Made by a program: the position numbers and the translations under genes. The notes under the pieces were generated by a model, which searched no databases, was not told the origin of the DNA, and saw only the letters and a list, made by a program, of their open reading frames with translations. Below, one piece after another: positions 19,748-29,549 of a DNA stretch of 64,000 bases. The stretch is from Dudresnaya verticillata (Eukaryota). Location of the stretch: assembly GCA_977862235.1 (NCBI GenBank), contig OZ374563.1, positions 372,001 through 436,000 on the forward strand. The letters are read 5' to 3'. Every line of letters begins with the position of its first letter. Position 1 is the first letter of the stretch.

Positions 19748-22702
19748 CTACCCATCCTTACTTGAGTCAAGAGTGAGCAGCTCCGTCAATGCCCTTGTCG
19801 CTGATTCGATATCAAACTGTCCATTGCCGTCATCAATGTACCCTTTCAGCCATGTTACCAATTGCCGTTCCGTATTAAACGCCTCAGCCGCCCGCCTCAC
19901 TAGTCCCTCCTCCCTCATTTCCTTCAGAAAGTTATATAAAACACGCGCCGTCATCCTCAAACTTAGCTTCGGCTTCCCTTCTGCTCGCATTCGAAAGCGT
20001 TCCCCAAATTTATCTACAGCCTTTTCCCTCTCCATCGAAACCAATTGCTCCTCCCGCACCGCTGACAGCATCCCCAGGAAAACAGTCTCCGTCACTACTT
20101 CCGCGGCCTCCTCTGCCAGTTCGAAGAACAAGTTCTCCAGAGTCTCAGCAGGCACCTCTGAGAGCCCCGCATCTTTCAAATGTCGGTTTATCTCCGTGCA
20201 TGCCACCGCAACCTCCACCGTCTTATCCTCTCTCCCATGCGCCAGAAATTCGAAATGCTTCCGCGCCTTTTCATGTGCCCCATTTTCATTGTTTACACTT
20301 GACCTCGCCCTTCCTTCCGGCTGTCTTTTCTCTTCAGATACCCACCCCGCGTTGCCAAGGTCTAGGCTTGCAATATGCTCGGAATCCCTTGCTGTCGCTG
20401 CTACTTGTTCACGGAGCAGCTCACGCAGTTCTTCCAAGTTTCTAAATCCACTGCTCTCCACACATGCCGTCACCGCCTGTCGCGTCGAACTGTCTAATTT
20501 GGACAGCGAGCTCTCGGAGAAAGCATAGGTAGCTACCTGAAAGTTGCTCAGGTCCACCATTGTCACGTTTTCAGCAACGGTTCCTGCCACAGCAACACCT
20601 GCTTCTGTCAGCGCTTCTGCGGTTATTCCGAAAAATAGCTCAGATCCTGCGTAGACAGCACCACCTGCCGCGCTCCCCACCATTGGAATAAGGCACAACA
20701 GCCCCTGAGCCAAGCACGCGTACTTCCTTCTCTGTTGTTGCTTCCTAATGGACTTCTGCAGCCCGGTAAGACTTCCAGATAAGCTCATGACTGCATCTTG
20801 CAGAGAATCTTGGTTGACACAAAGCCCCTGGAGAGCCTCCCGAAGGCTTTGCATACTCCTTTCGTTTGAGACAACTTGGTCTTCTAGCGCATTCACCCTC
20901 ATCTCTACAGCACTTATTCTGCTGGCAAATTCCTCCATGATCCTCATTGTCGCCATCATATCATTCGATCTGCCAACTTGAATCTCCCTCGCAACCCTAA
21001 GCACGTAACCACTCTTGATGATCCCCACACTCTCCGCGTGGTGAAAAATCGCATCAATCAACATGGCGTTTTCTGTTGCGAGTTTGCTCGCTGGTAGGTA
21101 CAGGTTATCTTCAAGGTACCAGCTGTTCCCTCCAAGCACGTGGATATTCTGCCGAGTCAAAACTCCGACGCGGATCGCGAGCAGGATCATATTGTGCCCG
21201 GCTACTAGATCGACAGCAGTTCTTACTTTTTCCTGGCGAACGAATTGCAGAAGGAAGGCCTCATCCAAGATATCCGGATTGCGGAGCACTGACGAGAAAG
21301 CTATTTCCATGGAAACAGTTGTCAGCTTCTCTTTGGCTCGCTCGTATCCTCCTTTCGCCGCCTGAAGAAGTAGTTGTGCTGAGAGCTCTCGGTCAGCTGC
21401 AACACCGTCGCCACCTGATTCAAGAAATACAGCTAGAGCGAACAGTGAGTGCAGGTCGCCTTTCTCGGCAGCCTGCTCGAGAAGTGCCTTGGCACGCGGC
21501 ACGTCTTTCTGAACACCGTCGCCTCTGGACAGCAACGCTGCCAACGCCTTCATGGCACCGACGTGACCAGTCTTCGTCGCACGCTCATATAGGGCTTTGG
21601 CATACGGTACATCCTTTCTAAGTCCCTCTACGCCTTTCTCGAGCAAGGAGCCCAGAAAGGTCATCGCTTCGACGTCTCCCCCCGCTGCTGCGCGCTGGAA
21701 CAGCGCTAAGGCCCGCGGTACATCCTTACGCACGCAATCACATCCCGTGTAGAGTAGAGATGCTAAATTATTCATCGCGCTCACGTTACCGGCTACCACA
21801 GCGCGCTCATACAGCTCCACAGCGCGTGGGATATCCCTGGTGGTACCATGTCTACCTTTGAGCAATATCATGGCTAGATTCTTCGCGGCATAGTCGTCGC
21901 CATCATCCACTGCGCGTTCAAGAAGGGCAATAGCGCGAGGGACATTCTCCTGGACTCGTTCGTCACCGTTCAGGAGCAGCAGAGCTAGGCTGTTGAAGGC
22001 ATTAAGGTAGCCAAACTGGATTGCACGCTCGTACAAGGCCTTAGCACGCGTTGGATCCTTTGGGACTCCTTCTGCGCCACGATTGAGCAGGGCGGCAAAA
22101 TTGTACATGGCGGGGGCGTTGGCATCGGTAATAGCGCGTTCGTAAAGTGCGATAGCGCGGTTGACATCCTTGGGAATTCCTTGGCTGCCCGCCTCGAGAT
22201 GAAGCGCATAGTTGTTCATTGCTAAGGTACTGCCACCCTGCACTGCCTTCTCATAAAGCTGAATGGCACGGCGTGGGTTTCTGGGGACTCCATCTCCACC
22301 GTGTAGCAACAGATGGGCTAGGTTGCTCATTGCGTTAAGGCAATTGCGATTGGCAGCGGTCTCGAACATGAACTTTGCGCGCAGTAAATTCTTTTCGACG
22401 CCCGCACCATTGTTATATGAGACAGCCAAGGAGTTGATGGCATCGATGCTTCCGGCGTTGATTGCGCGTAGGAAAAGACGGTTGGCACTGTGGAAGTCCT
22501 TCGTGATGCCGTGTTCGCCTTGAACCAGAAGCTTTCCCAACCTCCACATGGCATCGACGTGGGCGTCCAGGACTAGGCGCTCGAGCATGGTCTTTGCTCG
22601 GCGGAGATTCTTCGTGACGCCATTGGAGCCATCCATGAGGTCGACGGCATGTTGAAAGGACGGGTTGGAATCAGATGGTCTGTCGGGAGAGGAAGGCTGC
22701 AT
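19748..22702 (-). CDS. Sel1-like repeat protein paralog with coiled coil, Gly/Ala-rich hydrophobic segment and EF-hand-like C-terminus (~984 aa)
   Basis: Likely start ATG 22702 (MQPSSPDRPS). About 12 SLRs. Central block SMEIAFS...GHNMILLAIRVGVLTR...NLYLPA is shared with 15501-18398. Confidence 0.88.
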   Translation of the reverse strand: MQPSSPDRPSDSNPSFQHAVDLMDGSNGVTKNLRRAKTMLERLVLDAHVDAMWRLGKLLVQGEHGITKDFHSANRLFLRAINAGSIDAINSLAVSYNNGAGVEKNLLRAKFMFETAANRNCLNAMSNLAHLLLHGGDGVPRNPRRAIQLYEKAVQGGSTLAMNNYALHLEAGSQGIPKDVNRAIALYERAITDANAPAMYNFAALLNRGAEGVPKDPTRAKALYERAIQFGYLNAFNSLALLLLNGDERVQENVPRAIALLERAVDDGDDYAAKNLAMILLKGRHGTTRDIPRAVELYERAVVAGNVSAMNNLASLLYTGCDCVRKDVPRALALFQRAAAGGDVEAMTFLGSLLEKGVEGLRKDVPYAKALYERATKTGHVGAMKALAALLSRGDGVQKDVPRAKALLEQAAEKGDLHSLFALAVFLESGGDGVAADRELSAQLLLQAAKGGYERAKEKLTTVSMEIAFSSVLRNPDILDEAFLLQFVRQEKVRTAVDLVAGHNMILLAIRVGVLTRQNIHVLGGNSWYLEDNLYLPASKLATENAMLIDAIFHHAESVGIIKSGYVLRVAREIQVGRSNDMMATMRIMEEFASRISAVEMRVNALEDQVVSNERSMQSLREALQGLCVNQDSLQDAVMSLSGSLTGLQKSIRKQQQRRKYACLAQGLLCLIPMVGSAAGGAVYAGSELFFGITAEALTEAGVAVAGTVAENVTMVDLSNFQVATYAFSESSLSKLDSSTRQAVTACVESSGFRNLEELRELLREQVAATARDSEHIASLDLGNAGWVSEEKRQPEGRARSSVNNENGAHEKARKHFEFLAHGREDKTVEVAVACTEINRHLKDAGLSEVPAETLENLFFELAEEAAEVVTETVFLGMLSAVREEQLVSMEREKAVDKFGERFRMRAEGKPKLSLRMTARVLYNFLKEMREEGLVRRAAEAFNTERQLVTWLKGYIDDGNGQFDIESATRALTELLTLDSSKDG

Positions 22703-23803
22703 GGCTGGTGGACACGAGTCGCGCAGTGGGTCTGGGGGTGGGGTGGGCGCTGCGGTTGTGACCGTGAAGGCAGACAGGCACGGTACGTCATGGAGCGAGC
22801 GGAGCACAAGGGGTGTTGAAGTCAGTGCTCGGGAGGCCGAAGCGAAGCGGTGGTGTGGCGGAGCCGCAGAGCCCTGCTCGCGGCGTTTATTTAGGTTTTG
22901 GGGCCACACGTCGTGTGGGACGGCGGAAAGATGCCGCGCATGGTGCACTGCAGTAGGGACGCCAGTGTGCGCCTGCGCTTGCGGCAGCGAAGGATGTTGT
23001 CGTCGACGGCATTTCGGCCCGGCGCGCGCGCGCTGCAGCCGCGCGCGCGCACCACTGCGTGCGGGGACGCGAGAGGGAGGGCGTGCGCGGCCAAGAGCCG
23101 GCGCGGGCGGCGCGGGCGCCGCGGGCGCCGCGGTCGGCGCGGTCGGAGCACAGCGCGGCGCGTGAGCCGGCGCGGCGCGGGCTCCTCTCCCATGCCGCGC
23201 GCTCGCGCAAGGCGCAGCGCGCCCCCGGCGCCAGCGCCGCCCGAATTGAGATTGGCCGAGTTGGCGCGGCACCACCCGCGCGGCGCGCCTTACAGCGCGA
23301 GAGCAAACGCGCCGCCAGCGCGCACCGGTGCCGCCGGGACGCCGCGCCGCCAGCGCGCGACGCAGAGCAACGCGGCCGCACGCGAATGGGACGCGCGCGC
23401 CGCCGCCCAATGCGCGCGCGCGCGCGCGCCACGTGGCGCCGCGCCGCGCCGCGCACGCCGCGCAATCGCCGCGCGACAAGCGCCGCGCCGCCACCGGCCG
23501 CGATCCAGCGCCGCCATTGGACGCGTGCACTGCGGCGCCGCGCCTGTCCGCTCCCGCGCCGCGCCTGCAACATGCGCCGCATCGACCCCATCGTGCGCAC
23601 GCGCCTCTCCTCTCCGCGCGCCGCGCCGCGCCGCGACAATCATCAAACGCGCCAAGCGCAACGCCGCTGTTTGTCCATCCAGAGCGCCCCTCGCAATATA
23701 ACCCCACGCGCCCTCCACTGCCCCACCCGCTCCTCCCGCCTCTCCTCCCTCCCCACCTCCGCATCCCCCCGCACCCCTCCCCCCCCACCCCGTACCCCCT
23801 GCT

Positions 23804-23870
<67 letters not shown>
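23804..23870. repeat. (GCGCCC)n microsatellite, ~11 copies
   Basis: Hexamer run immediately upstream of ATG 23879. Confidence 0.9.
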
Positions 23871-23878
23871 GCCTCGCA

Positions 23879-25150
23879 ATGGTGTCGACGCACCGCAAGC
23901 GCAAGCGCGCCGACTACGCCAGCGCGGATCCGCCGCCGTTTGCCCCGGCGCGCCTGTCGCTGCTCAAGTCGTACCGCGCCCCGCACCTGCCGCGCTCGCT
24001 CGTCACGGGCGCCGCGCCGCCGTACGTCAACCTGGCGCTGATGGCCGGCGCGCGCCTGCTCGCGCGCGACTTTGCAGGCGCCGCCGCAGCGCTCCCGCCG
24101 CTCTTCAAGCGCTTCCGCCAGCCCGGCAATCGCCGCTGGTTCTTCACGCGCGAGGTCGCCGTCACCGGCGCAGAGGTCCTCCGGCGCTCGCCCTGGGCCG
24201 AGCATGCCGCTGTCCTGGACGACTTTCTTGCCCAAATGGCCCGCGATGCACATCTCTCGGCAAAGACTGGCCGCGAGGGCTACTCTGCACGCGCGAGGGA
24301 GGTTGCCCTCCTGGAACGCGCTATGGAGCTTCTAGCGGATGGCCGCGTAAGACCTGCATTTGACGCTCTCCAGGAGCACGCACAGGAGCCCGCGTTCCAG
24401 GCCTCCGCCCTTGTCCAGGGCTACCTCGGCATGGTCGCTCTGATTCTCAGTGTCAAGGAGGACGATCCCGCAGTCATGCTCGCCGTCGCCGCGAGGTCCC
24501 TACACGCCGCCGCCGAGCTGGAACCCACCGCCTACTTCTACGTTTATTACGCCGCCGCCGCCGCATTGGCCGCTGGTGAGAGTGCCGCCGCACTAGAGAT
24601 GCTGCGCCGCTTTGTCGAGGAGCGCAACCGCACCGACCCGCTTGCCTTGTACGGCGTCCTCACCTGTTTGCAAGCCCTGGGCCCGCGAGATGCACCAGAT
24701 ATGCGCCAGGAGCGCGTCGACATCGCCCGCCGCCTGCTTGCCGTCGACCCACTCTCTGTCCCCGCCATTGACGTCCTCCGCGAGGCCCACGCCTGGGCCT
24801 GGCCGGTCGAACCCACCGTGGATCGCATCGAACTCGCAGAGGTACTCGCGGCTCGCATTGAGTCCGGCAATGTCGCCGATGTAGCAAGCTGGACCTCGCT
24901 GGGGAAGGCCTTGTGCAAGTCCCCTGCCGAGCGTAGGGTGTTTTGGGAGTTTTCAGGTCGGAACAACTGGTGGCCGACTCACTTCTTTCGCATCACCAAG
25001 CTAAACGCAGATATTGCTACTGATCCAGCTCTAGCCTCGGTGAAAGGTGCGGTTGCGAAGATGCTATACTCCCCGGCCGTAAGTCCATACGCAGCAGGAG
25101 TGGAGGCTAGTGGAGTGGTCGAACTATACAAATTTGGGGCAAAGAGATAA
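23879..25150 (+). CDS. TAF1A: Putative RNA polymerase I TBP-associated factor A (TAF1A/Rrn11-like helical protein)
   Basis: N-terminal basic NLS RKRKR and TPR-like helices. The C-terminal W...RNNWWPTHFF...D...DPALA..K..VA pattern resembles the R.NWWP..F...D.ALA..K..VA region I recall from animal TAF1A. Confidence 0.6.
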   Translation: MVSTHRKRKRADYASADPPPFAPARLSLLKSYRAPHLPRSLVTGAAPPYVNLALMAGARLLARDFAGAAAALPPLFKRFRQPGNRRWFFTREVAVTGAEVLRRSPWAEHAAVLDDFLAQMARDAHLSAKTGREGYSARAREVALLERAMELLADGRVRPAFDALQEHAQEPAFQASALVQGYLGMVALILSVKEDDPAVMLAVAARSLHAAAELEPTAYFYVYYAAAAALAAGESAAALEMLRRFVEERNRTDPLALYGVLTCLQALGPRDAPDMRQERVDIARRLLAVDPLSVPAIDVLREAHAWAWPVEPTVDRIELAEVLAARIESGNVADVASWTSLGKALCKSPAERRVFWEFSGRNNWWPTHFFRITKLNADIATDPALASVKGAVAKMLYSPAVSPYAAGVEASGVVELYKFGAKR

Positions 25151-25422
25151 CTTGACAGGGGGTTAACATGGTACGATATGGTCGGGCGGAAGGCTTTTCC
25201 GCCCGCTCGAGACAGCTATTTTGCACAGCGATAGAGGGTGATCTTGTTGCACGTCAAGCTCCCACGTATTCCCAAAGTGGAGTGATAGTTACCATAGCAA
25301 TTCAGAACACTTAAAAGCAAACAGTATAGGAGAAACGATATAGGTACGTAACTTGCTCAGATGCACGTCAGACAACATAACTATCTCCCTTCCACATACG
25401 GGACACGCAAAACAGGCCGGGA

Positions 25423-27540
25423 TTAAGCAGAGACGCTTGCCGGCTTCTGGGGTACACTGGCAGGTTCTTTCGACTGGACCTCTGCGACAGCGGCTGGCTT
25501 CGGTTCAGGCAAAACCCCATTAGCCACGTTCTCCACAACTTGTGTGCTGACCTTTGATGCAACTCCATCATCGCCATCTTCGACGGGCTGCAAAGTTGCA
25601 AACCTTGGCTTCTTCAGCGAAAGAATCAGATACGTCAACAGATAATTGAAAGCCAAGATCCTCCCCAGACCCATGCATGACTTCAAAACGGTCGAGTCAC
25701 CCCATGTCAGACGTTCCAAGACCTGCTCCCCGGTCTTGACGTCATAATCTCTCTTCGTCTCAAACTCGAGGCCACGGAATTCGTTCACACATAACGCCTC
25801 GTATGCATGCTTGATGAGAGAGACTCGCGGAATCCACCTTGCCCATGCCGGAACATTTGCTTCGGCAATGTATAGACCCCCAAACACGATTTGGATAACA
25901 AAGGTCGACGGTCCGATAGCAAGGGCCGTCTCCGTGTTTGGGACCAGGGCACCAATTGCAAGGCCATACGATGCAGCGCCAAACGATGCAAGTGTGGTAA
26001 TGCCCATAAAACGAAGGATTCGGCCAATACCACCCGACAGTCCAGCCATTGGGTACAGAGTAAGAGAGAAGAGAAGCGGGAAGAAGGCGCTCACAGGCAT
26101 CTCCGCAAAGAGCTTGCTAACAAAGTACTGTAAAACATTGTATGAACCCCGGGAGCGCTCACGGTTGACGAGGACACCTTCTTGTGGAAAGACATTAAGC
26201 GTCTTCACCAACGGGGTCATTGCCGAATTAATCGTGCAGACCTGCAGCAGCCCGAGACGGTCTTGGATGCTTGCTTGACCCCTACCCATACGCCAGTACA
26301 TCGCACCGAATAACAGCGCGCTCATCAAGGCACCCATGAATCTCGACACGTTCGTCTTCTTATCGCGAGTCACTTGCCGCCATGCCCTCTGCAACAGCAC
26401 CTTGATACGCCCAATTGTACCGAGCGCCTTTCCATGTTCAACCTGCGGTGGCGCGACAATATCTACGGGCGGTTCTGCGACAGTGCCGTCGGCACCATTC
26501 AAACGGGCTTCATGGCCAGCAATCAGCTTCTGGATCCTCGCCTTCGACTCAGCAATGGTCTCATCAGACGTGAAGTCCACCGAAATCAGGTCCAAGTATC
26601 TCTCCGCCGGGTTACATTGCTCTGGCATTGGGAAGCCAAGTGCATCAAAGTGCGTGGGCGCATCCGCGGCTGGGCCGGAGAAGACCACCTGTCCGTCAGC
26701 AAGAAGCACGACATCGTCGACCAGCTTGAATATGGACGAGCTAGGCTGATGAATCGAACACACAACAGTGTGACCCGCCTCCGCAAGCTCCCTTAGCGAC
26801 ACCATGACCTTCTCAGCCTGGAAAGCGTCAAGACCCGACGTGGGCTCGTCACACATGATGAGATGGGGAGTAGAGATAAGCTCGCAGCCCAGAGACAGAC
26901 GCTTCTTCTCACCGCCCGAGATGCCGCGGGTCTTCGCATTGCCAACCCTGGTGGCAGTGACTCCAAGCAGTCCAAGTCGTCTGGTAAGCGCATCCAGAAA
27001 TTCCTTGCGCTGCTCCGGCGTGACATCCCTGGGGAGGCGCATGCGCGCTGCCATATCAAGTGTCTCACCCACCGTAAGCTGCGAAAAGAACAAATCCTCC
27101 TGCGTGACGTACGCGGGCGCATGGCCGGCGTCCTCAATCGAAACGCCGTTGACAGTCACCTCCCCGCTAAGCGAAAGCGCCTTCGCATACGGCACGCGGC
27201 CCGCCAGCGCGTTCAGCAAAGTGGTCTTCCCAGCGCCGGACGGCCCCAGGATGGCCAGCACGCGGCCCGGGCGCGCGCGGCCGGACACCGAGGCCAGCAG
27301 GTGGCGCGGCGGGCGCGCGTCAGCGCCGGCCAGGTCGACGGTGACGCGGCGCCAGCGCAGGTCGACGGCGGCGTGCGGATCGGCGCGCGCGGCCGCGTCG
27401 GCGTCCGAAGGGCGCCTGCGGCGCGACACGGCGCGGCGCACCAGGCGCGCTGTGGTGACGCCGGCCGTCAGCGCCAGCGCTACGCCGGACCGGGCCGGCA
27501 GCACCAGGCTGGCCATGAGCCCGCCCACGGCTAGCAGCAT
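25423..27540 (-). CDS. ABCG half-transporter (plant ABCG7-like)
   Basis: Walker A GPSGAGKTT, signature ISGGEKKRL, DEPTSGLD, SIHQP, C-terminal ABC2 membrane domain. Start at ATG 27540 is inferred. Confidence 0.93.
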   Translation of the reverse strand: MLLAVGGLMASLVLPARSGVALALTAGVTTARLVRRAVSRRRRPSDADAAARADPHAAVDLRWRRVTVDLAGADARPPRHLLASVSGRARPGRVLAILGPSGAGKTTLLNALAGRVPYAKALSLSGEVTVNGVSIEDAGHAPAYVTQEDLFFSQLTVGETLDMAARMRLPRDVTPEQRKEFLDALTRRLGLLGVTATRVGNAKTRGISGGEKKRLSLGCELISTPHLIMCDEPTSGLDAFQAEKVMVSLRELAEAGHTVVCSIHQPSSSIFKLVDDVVLLADGQVVFSGPAADAPTHFDALGFPMPEQCNPAERYLDLISVDFTSDETIAESKARIQKLIAGHEARLNGADGTVAEPPVDIVAPPQVEHGKALGTIGRIKVLLQRAWRQVTRDKKTNVSRFMGALMSALLFGAMYWRMGRGQASIQDRLGLLQVCTINSAMTPLVKTLNVFPQEGVLVNRERSRGSYNVLQYFVSKLFAEMPVSAFFPLLFSLTLYPMAGLSGGIGRILRFMGITTLASFGAASYGLAIGALVPNTETALAIGPSTFVIQIVFGGLYIAEANVPAWARWIPRVSLIKHAYEALCVNEFRGLEFETKRDYDVKTGEQVLERLTWGDSTVLKSCMGLGRILAFNYLLTYLILSLKKPRFATLQPVEDGDDGVASKVSTQVVENVANGVLPEPKPAAVAEVQSKEPASVPQKPASVSA

Positions 27541-28646
27541 GGTTAGATCGGGTGCGGCGCGGCGGGGGCGGGCGGAAACGGGGACGTGGCGCGGGGGGAG
27601 CCGAGACGGGCGCGGACGGCGGGGGGGGTTGGGGTGGGGCGCGGGAGGGTCAGCGCTGACGCTCCTAAGGCAGCTCAGCGGCGCGCGGCGGAAACGTCTG
27701 CGATGCGGGCATTGCTGTCGGGAGATCACGCATTGGCGTGAAATGGGAATAAATGTCGAAAATTGCGGGCTTCGCGAGGCGGTATGGGGCTGCTTGCGAC
27801 CGTCGTTCGTGCGGCCTCCATCACGGCGTTGACGCTTCGGCGCCAGTGGTTGTTTCTGCCGGCGGCCGCCGCGGCGCACGGTGTGCCACCGCACCACTTG
27901 CTAATCCAATCATGGCCTCTTCCCAACCACATCTCAACGAATGGCCAATGCATCCTCCGCTTGCTCCGCTTCTGCGATCTCCATGGTGGCGGCAGGCGTC
28001 GACGAACATGGCCATGCTTGCAGCAATGCTTGTGACGTACCCTTGAAGGGTAAACCATTTCGCGCCGCACGTAATGCAGACGGTGAAGCGTCCGATTCTT
28101 TGTTGACCCAAAGCAACTTTCCACCAGTCCTTTGAGAACAACACCATTTTCCGCTCACAAGGTTAAATGACCAGACTTAGAAATCGGCAAGCCGAACTGT
28201 TCAGACTTTGCACTCCCCAAAATAGAGATGCTGAGCACCAGCTCCAGCAGTAAAGCAAAAATACAGCATGGTGTAGCAGTGTCGCAACAGAAACCTAACA
28301 CTGGTGTCATGGATCACTTCATCTGCCACTGACCATGCCATGTTGCACATAGCAAGAACGATTAGACAAGCCAATTGCACAGCTGCTCAAAACGGTGGCC
28401 AGAAGCCCTAGCAAGTTTCAAAATAATGGCGAATGCTTTATCTTGCTTTCAGGTACATACAACACTTTGGAGTTTAGAGAGGAAAGAAGCCTGCCATCAG
28501 TCACGTGTTTACTCGCACGTTGAAGGGCATCCAAGTAGAAGACAGAAAGAAGCAACTCTGTAAACGTAGAGGGACAGTACAGTAGTAGTGAAGGAAATCA
28601 TTTTTAACATCCTCCCAGCCACACACAATTCCTTGTGGATGAATAG

Positions 28647-29549
28647 TTAACTTGCTCGTTTCTGACGTCTATCCCCACCTGCAACTCTCCACGTTCCAAT
28701 AAGTGAAGTTGATCTCGGAACCGAAAACCGTATCAACTCGAAGCAGTCAACTGCCGCCCCACATTGGCGACGGTAGTCAAAACCACTGTGTTCTGAAGAA
28801 ATGAACGCACTTCTTATTAGCATATCCGGCACAAAACCCGGAATCGCCTCCTCGAAGCTTCTGCTTGAAAAATGAGTACCAAATATACGGAACATGGCAC
28901 GCATGGCGACGATGAGTACGGAAGCCCAGACTGGCTTTAAAGTGCTGGTGTACATGCTGGCAAGGCATCTTTCGATGCTGATATCACCGCCTGTCGTACG
29001 GGGCTTGTATTTCCTTTGTAGAGCGACATTCTCCGCACCGGCAACCGTCTCATTTCTCCCCTCGGGACGCTGAAGCATGCTGCCAGCACGCACACTGCTA
29101 GCGGCTATGAGACGCCCATCCGCGTACCCATAGCACCTATGCGACAAAGTGAGTACGCCGGTGGGGGTGCACAGGGGAACAAAGCGGGAGATGTCCTTAG
29201 CGATACGGTGGGAAAACATGAAGACGGGGCCATACTTTCCGGGCGCGGATAGAATGCGATCACCGATTGGGATTTGGAACACAAGAAGCTCGCCTCGACT
29301 GGCTGCACTGACACGTGCGGCCTCTGGCAAACACTTGTTGTCGCCATCGTGGTCTTTAGTTTCGTTCCCAACTGAACCCTTCTGTAGGCGCTGCCGTTGG
29401 CACGGACGACCGCCACTACTTCCACCCCAACAGAGAAAGCAGGGAGTGAACTTCTCCAAGGCGTGACTTGGGTTGCGTTCCGTGCACAGGACGGGAGTGA
29501 GGAGCAAGAGAAGACGCACGGCCACTATTGCGCTGCGAATAAGTCTCAT
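28647..29549 (-). CDS. Degenerate secreted Hedgehog-type Hint protein (duplicate of 31901-32692; possibly a pseudogene)
   Basis: Signal peptide, K|CLPEAARV, GDRIL, VFMFSHR. Motif-B His is lost (LSHRCYGY). The stop codon of the paralog is absent, so the ORF reads into sequence homologous to the paralog's 3' flank. Confidence 0.65.
   Translation of the reverse strand: MRLIRSAIVAVRLLLLLTPVLCTERNPSHALEKFTPCFLCWGGSSGGRPCQRQRLQKGSVGNETKDHDGDNKCLPEAARVSAASRGELLVFQIPIGDRILSAPGKYGPVFMFSHRIAKDISRFVPLCTPTGVLTLSHRCYGYADGRLIAASSVRAGSMLQRPEGRNETVAGAENVALQRKYKPRTTGGDISIERCLASMYTSTLKPVWASVLIVAMRAMFRIFGTHFSSRSFEEAIPGFVPDMLIRSAFISSEHSGFDYRRQCGAAVDCFELIRFSVPRSTSLIGTWRVAGGDRRQKRAS

Noticed and set aside
22703..24253. 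517-aa N-terminal extension of the 1501-aa minus-strand ORF
   Set aside because: Arg/Ala/Gly-rich translation of a GC-rich spacer and microsatellite that overlaps the opposite-strand gene. The Sel1 protein plausibly starts at ATG 22702.
27541..27897. Upstream in-frame extensions of ABCG (likewise Hsp70, ProA, ZIPs and the 31901 Hint gene)
   Set aside because: Low-complexity leader sequence, often from non-ATG starts. Downstream ATGs give plausible targeting peptides or N-termini.
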